A DNA stretch of 64,000 nucleotides from a virus, in IMG/VR virus record IMGVR_UViG_3300008267_000027, positions 1 to 64,000 of that record. The stretch is one strand, 5' to 3'. The notes beneath the pieces are model-generated. The model saw nothing but the letters and a program-made list of their open reading frames with translations, had not been told where the DNA came from and made no database searches. Made by a program: the position numbers and the translations under genes. Below are positions 36,545-47,800 of this stretch, in pieces. Every line of letters begins with the position of its first letter. Positions within the stretch are counted from its first letter, which is position 1.

Positions 36545-38842
36545 ATGAAAAAAAGAGTAAAAATTATTAAAGCTCCAAGTGGTAAACCATCTGTAGGTGA
36601 TCAAATGGGATATGGATTATACAGAGGTCAAGGTGTAAGAGACTTTGAATCTTTTCCTACTGGAGATCCTGATTCTCAAATTAGAACTGTTTATCCTCAG
36701 TCACCGAGAAGTGAAGCTAATATAGAAGTTGAAGGTGGTGGTAAAGGTAAAAAAGGTGAGAAGATCATTGCAAAAGATGGTCTATCCATATTTGATATAG
36801 TTGGAAATAGACATAGTAAGGGAGGAGTTCCTGTTAAAGCAGAGCCTGGAAGTTATGTTGTTTCAGACTTTATTAAAGCTCCTAAAAGTATGCAGGCTGA
36901 AATGGGTTTTAATGTAAAATCTAATAAAGGAAAAGATAACACATGGGCTAGAGTTTTAGAATCTAAAGTTCCTACTAAAGATTATAACAGACTGTCTCAG
37001 ATATTAAAAGATGCAGCTGCTGGTAAACCTATTGATAAGTTTGAATTAGCTACAGCTAAAGCTAAGATGGGTGTATATCAGGATTATGTATCTAAAGCTG
37101 CACTTGGTAACGAACTTACTAAAGCACAACAGGGTAAAGATTTTAGTATTCCTCAAATAGGTATGCCTGCTTTACAAAAGATGTACCCAGAGATTGCTGA
37201 AAGAATGATGGGTGAACAAGACCAAGAAAGTCCTTCTGAAGATCAACAAGAAATGATGGAGTATGGTGGTTCTTACTATGGACTACCTAAAGCATTAGAA
37301 GGTCAAGATATTATTCCTTGGTTAAAGGGTAAAACTAAAGCTGGATCATTCACACCTACTAAACTATCTAATGCTTTTAATAGACCAGATTCATATATAC
37401 AAGATTGGGCTCAAATATTAGGTATGAATGTTGATGATTTGAGAGCAATGGATAATAAAGATGTACAATCATTAATATATGATTGGAGTCTTCAAAATAA
37501 TCCTGACGCTATTAATCAAATGTGGAGAAAGTATGGATTAACCAATCAAGGTAAAAAATATAAAGATTTAGTTGCATTAACTCAAAAAAATAAAAAAGGA
37601 AATCCTTTATATACTTTTGGTAAAGATTTGTCACCAACAGAATTAGCTGCTCTTAAAAAAGCTTACACTGATAATTTATTTGGAGCACGTCAATTGGATA
37701 TTCCAAGAGAAGAACCTATAATACCTATTAAACCACCATCTTTTACAGATGATATAACTCCTCCTGAGCAAGAACCAGAAACACCAACACCTCCAGCACA
37801 AGGTATGAAATGGTTTTGTAGTCCTGTGACAGGTCAAGCTACACCTGTACCAGCAGATTTAGCTGGAGGGTCTACAACCTATTATAATACTAAAGAGGAG
37901 GCTGAAGCAGCTTGTGGTAAAAAAGAACAATCTAATGATGGTGGTAAAGAAACTAAAAAAGAAGATCCTCAATTTGTTAAACAACAACTTAACAATATAG
38001 GATTATATCCTCAAGATGTTTTTAATACAGCTAACGCTCTTCTTAATCAGTATGCCTATCCTACAATAGGACCATTTGAAGGTAGATATAATCCTATTTA
38101 TATGGACCCTGCTTTTACTAGTACAGAGGCTGCTGATAGACTTATACAGTCACAGGGAAGGACTGCTATGGAAGATGCTAGTCTTTATGGCGCTAGTCCT
38201 CAAGCTCAGAATGCAAAACTCGCTCAGATAAATGCATCTGTTTTACCAGCAATGATTCAAAATAGAATGCAAACTAATGCTCAAAATGTACAAACAGATA
38301 TGGCGACTAGACAGTTTAATGCACAAGTGGCTAACCAAGCTGCTTTACAAGATGCTGCTAGGTCTACTAGTTTGTATGATAAAACAGCAAAACTAGCTAT
38401 GAATAAAGCTGAGGAAAAAGTTAAAGGTAGAACAAAAACTAAAGATGCTATTAATAAAACAATTACTAATTGGGGTAATGCAAAGTTAATGAGTCAACTT
38501 TTTCCACAGTATGCTTTTAATCCTTCAACATATGATGCATTTTTTAAAGGTGGTAAAGGATACAATGATGATGTATCAACATATGGAAGAACTGCTGGTA
38601 TGAACAATATGTCTGATTATGCTTCTTTATATAAACAAGGATTAGCTGCTGCTAGAGATCAAGCTGGTATAACAGATCCTAAAGAGGCTCATGAGGCAGC
38701 TATGAAATTTATCAGTCCATATTTTAGATCAACTGCAAGAAACTCTGATGATGATGATGCATCTACATTTATGAATGCTGCAATGAGAGTTAGTAAAGAT
38801 GGAGGAATGTTCATACCTATTTACCAACTAGGAGGTTGGTAA
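36545..38842 (+). CDS. Putative cargo protein (crAss cargo-1-like)
   Basis: ANIEVEGG..GE...GNRHSKGGVPV...VVSD motif; Q/N/A-rich helical C-terminal half. Confidence 0.6.
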   Translation: MKKRVKIIKAPSGKPSVGDQMGYGLYRGQGVRDFESFPTGDPDSQIRTVYPQSPRSEANIEVEGGGKGKKGEKIIAKDGLSIFDIVGNRHSKGGVPVKAEPGSYVVSDFIKAPKSMQAEMGFNVKSNKGKDNTWARVLESKVPTKDYNRLSQILKDAAAGKPIDKFELATAKAKMGVYQDYVSKAALGNELTKAQQGKDFSIPQIGMPALQKMYPEIAERMMGEQDQESPSEDQQEMMEYGGSYYGLPKALEGQDIIPWLKGKTKAGSFTPTKLSNAFNRPDSYIQDWAQILGMNVDDLRAMDNKDVQSLIYDWSLQNNPDAINQMWRKYGLTNQGKKYKDLVALTQKNKKGNPLYTFGKDLSPTELAALKKAYTDNLFGARQLDIPREEPIIPIKPPSFTDDITPPEQEPETPTPPAQGMKWFCSPVTGQATPVPADLAGGSTTYYNTKEEAEAACGKKEQSNDGGKETKKEDPQFVKQQLNNIGLYPQDVFNTANALLNQYAYPTIGPFEGRYNPIYMDPAFTSTEAADRLIQSQGRTAMEDASLYGASPQAQNAKLAQINASVLPAMIQNRMQTNAQNVQTDMATRQFNAQVANQAALQDAARSTSLYDKTAKLAMNKAEEKVKGRTKTKDAINKTITNWGNAKLMSQLFPQYAFNPSTYDAFFKGGKGYNDDVSTYGRTAGMNNMSDYASLYKQGLAAARDQAGITDPKEAHEAAMKFISPYFRSTARNSDDDDASTFMNAAMRVSKDGGMFIPIYQLGGW

Positions 38843-38889
38843 ACCTTATAAGTTTAGTTTTAAACTTATAATATTTTTCAGTATATTAT
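38840..38889 (+). promoter_or_regulatory. Palindrome TAAAC-N7-GTTTA plus TATATTA promoter element
   Basis: Palindrome 38840-38856; TATATTA from 38882; same offset as the 21633 copy. Confidence 0.6.
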
Positions 38890-38901
38890 ATTATATCTAT
38901 T

Positions 38902-41844
38902 ATGGCAACATACTTACAAGACGGTGTTGGTTATTTTCCTGATGAACAATTGTTCACCCCAGATTATAACATTATTATGAGGGTTTTGCAAACAAAGCAA
39001 ACCCAATATGATTCAGCGTTTAACAAACTAAAAAGCATTCAGAATTCAATACTGAGTGCTGATTTATTAGCAGATGACACCAAAAAGAAAAGAGATGACA
39101 TTTTAAAAAATGCTGAAACTGCTCTTAAAGATTTACCTACTATTGACTTAAGTCTTCCTCAAAACTATACAGCAGCTAAAAATATTTTTCAACCTTTTTA
39201 TGATGATAAAGATATCTTAGCTGATATGCTTTATACAAAAGAATCAAAATCTAATCTTCAGTCTGGTATGGCATTGCAAAATGATGCTAAAGAAGAAAAC
39301 AGAAATAGATACTGGTCTCAAGGTGTTCAATACATATATGATGGTATGGAAGACTTTAAGAATGCTACACCTGAAGAAAGAAGAGGTATGCGAGCTAGAC
39401 GTTATGTAGCTAAACCTAATGTTGATGATGGTATTTTAAAAATGTTCCAGGAAGGTAAAATTAAAATGTCTGTTGATAATCTATCTGGGCAAGCTAAATA
39501 TACAGATGAAAATGGTAAACAACTTCAACTACCATTAATGAATCTTTATATGAGTATGGCTGAGAATGATCCTGAAGCTTTAGAAGGTTTTAAGGTGATG
39601 GGTTCTGTAGAAAGAAGTAGATATATAAGAGAAAATACTGATAGATTAGGTGGTCGTAAACAAGCTGCAGAAGACTTTGATAGAAAAATGGTATCTGATT
39701 ATAAAACTAATAAGCAGTTTGAAATAGATAAAATTAATGAATCTCTTTTGGTTTTAAATACTAAAGTAGATTCTTGGAAGAAAAAAGCTGACGCTGGACA
39801 ATTGTTAGCAGCTGATGCACAACAAGCTGCTGCAGATATTGCACAAAGAGATAGACTGCAGAATGGTCTCAATACATCACAGAGTCAATTTAATAATGCT
39901 GAGGAAAGAATTATGGGTAATCCTACAGCACACTTGGGAAATATATATTTAACTAAAAATGCTAAAGATTTAGCTACAGCTCTTTCACAATTTGGAAGTA
40001 GAAAGATTGATGTTAATCCTATATATGAAAAATTTGTTTTTCCTAAAGAACTAGAGCTATACAAGCATCAGTTAGCTAAGGATATGGAAAAAGTTAAAGC
40101 TGATGAGCAAATTAGAGTAAAAGGTGCTGAAGCTGATATTAAAAATGAATATGGTGGTGGAGGTTTTGGTGATGGTACATCATCTACTACAACAGGTGGT
40201 ACAACAGGTGGAGGAGCTGGTAGAAAACAATTAGACATACCATTTGCTGAAGATATTAAAAGCGGTGCAGGTATCCCTTATGTAGATAGTGCTGGGCAAG
40301 CTGATGCATATAAACAACAACAGAAAAAAACAGAAACTATTGTAAATGAGCTATCATTTAATAAGCTTAGATTTTTAGAGTCTGTTTTAAGTTCTAATGA
40401 ATTTGTTGATTCAAAAGGTAAACCTATTCCTTATAATAAAAGAAATACTCTTCTGCAAAACGGTACAGAGCTTGATGGTTTATATAAAAAAGCATTAACT
40501 AAATACAATACTTGGGTGGATACAAAAGACTCAAGAATGTATGGTGTTTTAGATTTAAAAGAAAAAGTTGAAAACTTAAATAATGTTTGGAGTGCATCTA
40601 TTGAATTTAGAAAACAAAAACTCACTGAAGTATCTAACATGATTGCTGGTGAGAAAGTTTCTGAAGATGGATATGTCTACAAAAGTATATTAAAAGATGG
40701 ATTACTTCCTGGGGAAAATCCTACAGATAAAAATGATTTCCTTAAAAGAATTCAATCTAGTAAAGAGTTTAATGCTAAAGTTACTGAAAGATACGCACAA
40801 GAATTAGCAGAGTATCAAAAGAATACTATGCTTGCTCCTGTTAATGCTATATATGGATTAAGAACTTTATTTAGCGGTGGTGTCCCTACAAAGGAAAAAG
40901 TAAGAACGGAAATGCTTTCTGATCTAGAAGATAATTATTCTAAGTATGTAAATGACGTTAAAATTAGATATAATAAATTTGGATATAATTACTATGCTGC
41001 ACAGACAGGACAAGAGGGTGGTGGTGCGTATGGTAGAATGATAACTTATCAAGGTAAGAATGAAGTTAAAGGTGAAAAGGCTGATGTTTATACTGAAGAT
41101 TTATTTACTAAAGTTATAAGTACTAATGAGGGGGATGATGAGGCTATTAAAGTTAGTACTCATACTACAGATGCTGATGCTGAGATTGAAAATGATGAAG
41201 ATATCAAATCTATTCTTACAGGAAGAATTAAACAAGATTTATTTACAGCAATAAGATCTGGTAAAGGTGCAGACTTAGGAGGATATAGTATAGGTTTTTC
41301 TGGCGTAGCTAATAGTGATCCATCTTTTCATAAGTACACTATAAAGTTTGATCAAGATTATATTAATAAACTTTCAGAAACAAAAACTAAAGTGGGGGCT
41401 GGCATAAGTAATGATCAAGCTAAAGCTTTAATAAATGGTATAGACATCTTTGTTAAATCTGATAAAGATAATTCATTAATGTCAAGAGAGTCTACACTAG
41501 GTGAGGTTGATATACTATTGGGAGTAAATGGTGTAATGAAAAAAGAAATTGTACCAGGATATGGTATTGATATTGAAAAACTTTCAACTGGAGGTTATAA
41601 AGTTACAACAAATTATAAAGTTGTTACAAAAGATAATTTAAGTGGAAATCCTACATCTCAAGAGCAAATAATACCAGAAGGTAGAGACATTACAAATATC
41701 TACTATGAGACTTTAAGAGGACTAAGATCATTGTTTGATAACACTCAAAAGAGAGTGGAAGAAATGCAGACAATTAGTAAAAATGATCCTAAGAATAAAC
41801 CTGTTACATATCAAGAACTTTTAGAAATGTCTAGAAGTTTTTAA
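38902..41844 (+). CDS. Putative ejected cargo protein (helical)
   Basis: 980 aa; coiled-coil-like with Gly/Thr linker; directly precedes the RNAP gene. Confidence 0.6.
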   Translation: MATYLQDGVGYFPDEQLFTPDYNIIMRVLQTKQTQYDSAFNKLKSIQNSILSADLLADDTKKKRDDILKNAETALKDLPTIDLSLPQNYTAAKNIFQPFYDDKDILADMLYTKESKSNLQSGMALQNDAKEENRNRYWSQGVQYIYDGMEDFKNATPEERRGMRARRYVAKPNVDDGILKMFQEGKIKMSVDNLSGQAKYTDENGKQLQLPLMNLYMSMAENDPEALEGFKVMGSVERSRYIRENTDRLGGRKQAAEDFDRKMVSDYKTNKQFEIDKINESLLVLNTKVDSWKKKADAGQLLAADAQQAAADIAQRDRLQNGLNTSQSQFNNAEERIMGNPTAHLGNIYLTKNAKDLATALSQFGSRKIDVNPIYEKFVFPKELELYKHQLAKDMEKVKADEQIRVKGAEADIKNEYGGGGFGDGTSSTTTGGTTGGGAGRKQLDIPFAEDIKSGAGIPYVDSAGQADAYKQQQKKTETIVNELSFNKLRFLESVLSSNEFVDSKGKPIPYNKRNTLLQNGTELDGLYKKALTKYNTWVDTKDSRMYGVLDLKEKVENLNNVWSASIEFRKQKLTEVSNMIAGEKVSEDGYVYKSILKDGLLPGENPTDKNDFLKRIQSSKEFNAKVTERYAQELAEYQKNTMLAPVNAIYGLRTLFSGGVPTKEKVRTEMLSDLEDNYSKYVNDVKIRYNKFGYNYYAAQTGQEGGGAYGRMITYQGKNEVKGEKADVYTEDLFTKVISTNEGDDEAIKVSTHTTDADAEIENDEDIKSILTGRIKQDLFTAIRSGKGADLGGYSIGFSGVANSDPSFHKYTIKFDQDYINKLSETKTKVGAGISNDQAKALINGIDIFVKSDKDNSLMSRESTLGEVDILLGVNGVMKKEIVPGYGIDIEKLSTGGYKVTTNYKVVTKDNLSGNPTSQEQIIPEGRDITNIYYETLRGLRSLFDNTQKRVEEMQTISKNDPKNKPVTYQELLEMSRSF

Positions 41845-41871
41845 TTAAAAATTTTCTTATCTTTATATTCT

Positions 41872-44800
41872 ATGGCAGATAATCAAAATCTAAGTGACAA
41901 TTTAGTACCTAGTACAGAATCAAGTCTTTTAAACTATGGACCTGATCTCCTACCTGTAAACGACCTACCTAAAGTTCCTTCTTATGAAACTCCTGCTATA
42001 TCAATGCAGGATGGGGCGGATCCTTTTGCTGATTTGTATACAGACTTTGATAAAAAGTTTAATCAGACTTTAGCTAAAACAGATTATGCTAAGCAGGGTG
42101 CTGTTACAGAATTCCCTGCAGAGAAAATGCAGTTTGAAAAATGGTACCAAAGTTGGGACTATTCTGATAAAGGATTTATTCCATGGAGGGATAACCAAGA
42201 TGTTTATGATTCTGATACTAACACTTTTAAAGAATTATATAGAGCAACTCACTATATGGGTCCTCTTTTTTTTGATGGTTTTATGTCTGGTTTAAGGACT
42301 ATCCCTGATTTAACAGAAGGATTATTTACTGGTAATTGGGATGCATTTTTTAATGTAGATGAAATAGGTGCAATTAAACAAGAAAGAGCTTATAGGATGG
42401 GTACATCTACAGCAGGTGGACTATCTACATTCGCTACTGGTTTAGGTATTGCTGCATCTAATATGGCAGGTACTCTTATTGAAGCTCAAGCTGAAACAGC
42501 ATTATTAGCATTTATTACAGCTGAATCAGGTGGTGCTACTGCAGAAGTTACTCTTCCTGCTATAGGTATGAAATGGACAAAAGTTGGTGCTACTATAGCT
42601 AATGGTTTTAAGAATATATCTAATGCTACAAAGATTTTTAAAGATGCTGATAAGATGAGAGATGCTTATAGATCTTTTAAACTTGGAGAGGCAACATGGA
42701 CAGCAACCAAAGGTTTAGGTAAGTTTTTAAACCCAGCTAGTAACATGGTTGAATATGGTGTTAAACTATATAAGGGTGAAGAAGCTTTTTCAGCAACTAA
42801 AGGTTTTGGTGCATTCTTTAGAGATTTTCAAGAAATGAAATTTGCGTTAGGCGAAGCAAAACTAGAGGGTGGTACAGGAGAATTACAATTAAGAGATGAG
42901 CTTGTAAATGATTACATGTCTAAAAATGATGGTAGACTTCCTGATTATGACACATCTATTAAAATAGGAGAAGTAGCAAAACTTAATGGAGATGCTATTA
43001 CAAAAACAAACCTACCTGTAATATACTATTCTAATAGAATAGGTTTTGGAAACTTATTTAAAGGTGTACCAGGATTAAACAAACTAATGGCTGAGTCAGA
43101 ATCATCCATGTTTAAGTATGTAGATTTTGACACATTTAAAGATGAGTTTGTAAAGAACATTGGTGGTACGAGCTTTAAAAAAGCTTACAGATCAGGGATT
43201 GCTGGGTTAGCTAATTACACAAAGGCTAACTTTATGGAAGGTATACAAGAATCACTTCAAGATGTAATATCATCATCTTCTACAGAATATTATAAAAAAC
43301 AATTCTTTAATCCTTCATACGGTGGATTACAGGTTATAAAAGGAGATATACTGAATGCTTTTGGTCAACAAGTAAGCGGTCAAGGTTTGTCTACATTCTT
43401 AGGTGGATTTGTAATGGGTGCTATTCCAGGTAGTGTAATGGGAGGTGCTGCAAGAGCTCAAGGACTATATTACAGACTTACCAATAAAGAAGGTTGGGCT
43501 GAATTTAAAGCTAAGAGAGAAGCAATGGTTGATGACTATGTAGCTCAACTTAATCAAGTGTATAAAGATCCTTTAAAGTTTTTTGACTTTGAAATGATTA
43601 ATGCAGGTCGTCAAGGAGAATTTGCAAAGTTCATGTCACAAGCTACACTAAATAAGAATGACAAAAGTTTTTATGATATAAAAAATGAACAGGCGTTTGA
43701 ACATCTGTATACAGTTTTAAGAAGTGGTAAACTAGAATTATTTAAAGATAGAATCAATACTATTAGTAAACTTAAAGATGAAGAACTTAAAGAAGCTTTA
43801 GGTTTTGATGTAGAAGACCCTAATGTTTTAAGACAGAGGATTCAAGACATCAATAAAAAGATAGACTATATACAAAAGAGATATGAGATTAGTCAGGAAA
43901 AACTAAAGAATCCTATAAATCTAAATGGTCTCAAAAAAGATACTCCTGAGTATGCTAATGCTGCATTACAGTTTATAGCTTTTGAAGATGCTAGAAAGCA
44001 AGCAATATTTGCTGGATATTCTTTTGATAGAAATGCTGAGAGAATGGCATCTATACTTAAAGATATAAATGATGTTAAAGTATTATCTAAAACAAGTTTC
44101 TTAGATTTTAATATTTTAACTAATCCTTCTTTCTATAATAAAGAAATTGAATTACTGCAAAAAGAGATTACTGAAAATAAAAAGTCAGATGACCCATCTA
44201 TTAAAGAATTAGCTAAACAAAAACAACTTAGACTAGATGCTTTAAAGAAATGGAAGTCTGCTATGATTTCTAAAGGTGCTTATCCTTTTATAACTAAAAA
44301 TGTTGTTGATCCTGTTACAGGTAAGAAAGTTAAACAACAAGAAGTTAATCCCCAACATGAAGCTTTTAGAACTAAAGCACAAGAAGCTTTTATAAATTAT
44401 GCTGAGAGAGAAGGTGAACTAGTAGATGACTCAGTGCTTAAAGATGGGGTTAATGAAGCTTTCACTAAGTTTATGGACTATCATGCTCTTTATCAAGAGC
44501 AACCTAATTTGATGAAGTCTGTTAATATCATGGCAGACCCTCAAAGCTTTTTAAACTTATATGAATCTCACTTAGATGAAATTAAAAAAATATATTCTGA
44601 TAGAGATAATATTCTAAGAGAGTCTATTCAGAAAGCTTTAAGTATTACAGATGAGAATAATCTAATAAACGAACTAGCTAAACTTGGGTTTGTAGTTGAT
44701 CCTAAAGATCCAAATAAATACTATAAAGTATCAGGTGATACATTTGAACTTGTAAAGAAAGGATCTAAAGAAGAAAAAACAATCAACACTTTTATAGAAG

Positions 44801-47800
44801 ACTATAAAAAAGCAACAGAGAAAAAAGCTAAGGAAAAGGAAGCTGCTAAGAAAAAGGATGAGGGTGAAAAGGGTAAAAAAGAAGAAGGTAAAAAACCTAC
44901 TCCTCCTGTAAAGAAAAAGACTGAAGAAGAAACTAAGGAAGAAGAACCTGAAGAAGAGGATCTACCAGAAGAGGAAACTGAAATGGTAGAAGAAGGTACT
45001 TATGACCCTGAAGCTACTTATATAAATGACTACTTTAAAATTCCTTTAAGAAAAATAAACTACAAGATTAAGTGGGCTGACAATGGTCAAATAGCATATG
45101 CTACATGGAGTTTTGTAGGTTCTAAAGAAGCACCTAATGTTGAAAGATCTGTAAATACAATACAAGACTTAGAAGAGATTCTCAGACTTAAAACTTTAAT
45201 GGATTACCTTACTAAAGTTCAAAAGGTTTATAAGGTTGAAATTACTGATACAGAGGTTTTAACTTATGGAAGACCTGGAAGTAAACAACAATCTAAAGAG
45301 TATAAATATACAGGTGTAATACCTGCTATATTTTCTAAAACAGAAGAAGTTCCATTCTTTTATGATTTACTATCAGAAGACGCTAAGTATGATTTTGATA
45401 ATGACTTTTTTACAGAAGAAATTACCGATTTAGAGGATAAAAATAAAAAAGATTTTGAGGAGATTAGAGTGTTAGTTAAAAGCGGAATTAATGATGTTCT
45501 TGATTCTGTTAGAAAAGCAATTGCTGATAAAACAGCAGCAATGAAAGAGGTGCGTACTGTAGATCAGAAGTTTATTACATCCTCTACTAATATGGTAAAA
45601 ATATTTACCATGAAAGATGAGACTAGAGAAAATATGCAAAAGGCTGTTTTCTCTATGAGCAAGGATGAGATAAAAAGTAAAATGACTGGTAAGATTGAAA
45701 AGATTAAACCAGGTGCACCAGAGGTAGTATTTGATAAAACTAGAAATAAGGTAAGACTAAGAGTATTACGTCAAAGTCCTGCTGTAGCTTCAACTATTTT
45801 AGTTGATGGTAAAGCTATAGGCTATCCTACATATCCTGATGTTTACACATTTGAAATTGATGGTGTTATAAAAACTGCAAATGAACTAACTAAAAAAGAG
45901 TTTTATTTGTTTGCACAAGATACAGTTAGCTATGAAGACTACATGGCAAACTATAATACCAGCATGTCTGTGTATAATGCGTTTGCTGATTTATTAGATG
46001 ATAATAAATCTGTTCAAGTTACTAATGAAGATCTTCAAAAAATATTTGATATCACTCCTGTATTTGGAGATTATGCTTTTACTAAGAATAAGATTACCCT
46101 ATCTAAGTTGGAGAAGAATGGTACTAAACTAATAGGAGTAATTGATAAAAATAATGTAGCTGAAGCTATTGTTCCTGGTAAGAGTCTTACTGAGGTTGCA
46201 AATAATCGTGCTATTATAAATAACTATATAAATACACTAGAGACAGATTCTGCAACTGGTGAAATAAAAAAGTTTACAAATCAAGGTAGATATATTGCAG
46301 TGTATACATTACCTAATGGTAAACCTGCATTTGTTGAAGTTACATCTGCTAACTTAGAAGAAGATGGTTTAGATACAGTGTTTTCTGATATAGCTGAGAG
46401 ACTTCAAAAAACATATAATGAAAATGTAGTAGCTGATAAGTCTGGTAAAATTGAAGAAGTAAAAAATAAAAACTTCAATCGTGGGTTTGATACCTTCACT
46501 GAAGAGAGTGGTAGAATGCCTTTCTATATTGCTATACCACAAAATCCTCAGAAACCAGATGCTCTATCTTATAATATAACTCTTACAGTGACAGCTAATG
46601 GATCGTTAGTTGTTCAGTTTGTTAACACACAAAGTAAAGATAAAGAATATCACAAAGCGTATGTTGAAGTTAAATATGATGAGAAGGGTAATCCTGACAT
46701 TGAAGACTTTAATGATATGCTTAGTAAGGTTAATGCAGAGATTGTTAATTATAATGGTGATAATAAAGAAGCAGATCTTCCAATATTAAAAGCTGAATAT
46801 TTTAAAGAGTCTATCCCTAAAGCTGCTAAGTTTAGTGATATGGCTGAACAAGTGACTAATGTTTCTGAGAATATTTTTCAGAACACTCACATGATATTCA
46901 CTCCTGCATCAGAACTTACACCAGATGTAGATGCTGCAAGCAGAAAGACTGGTAAGAAAACAACTATAAAAAGTTCTACTACTGAGGATCCTCTTTTACC
47001 AGTTTTAAGTATTGATGTCTTAAAAGATTTAAAACAAGCAATACTAGACGCTAAAAATATAACTGATTTAGAGGATATGTTTGAAGAAGCTATGACACCT
47101 TCTTCTGAGGCTGATTTTGAAGCATGGGTTAATGTAAAAGAAAATATTGAGTTTATTCAAAATGACCCAAGTATATTAGCTAAAATTCAATCTGCAAAGA
47201 GTCAAAAAGAATTACAAGAAATTTCTCTTAGATATTCTCTTTTAGCTTATTTAGATGCTAAGATAAAAGAGATTGAAGGTGCTCAACCTGCTGAACCCCC
47301 TAAAAAGAAAAGAGGTGGTCTTGGATTAAGTGGTATTAAAGTAGATAAAAATAAATTAAGACAACAAGCAGCTAGTGAAAATGTAGAGGATAAAGATACA
47401 GAAGAAGAAAAGAACTCTGGTAAGATTGCAACTACCTCTGATAATAAAACAGCTCAAGAGATTAATGATCAATACTTACAAGATAAAGCTGAGCTAGAAA
47501 GTAAGTTTGTTAAAAATAGTGTTGTTACAGATGCTGTAGAATATGATAAAGCTATTACAGAACTAGAGAAGCAATTTAAAAAGGACATTGAAAGTCTAAA
47601 ACCTAAGAGAGTACCCAGACTTAAAATAGTTGATAGAGCTGAATTTGATGATGTATCTGTAGAAGATATAGATAAGTTTAGGTTGTGGATGAAAAAAACA
47701 CTACCTACTATTGATGTAGATGCTGATATGGTAGCTGAGAATCTAGTAAACAATCGTGTTGTTGTTGGTAGATTTTTAGCATATGTAAAGATGACTGCTA

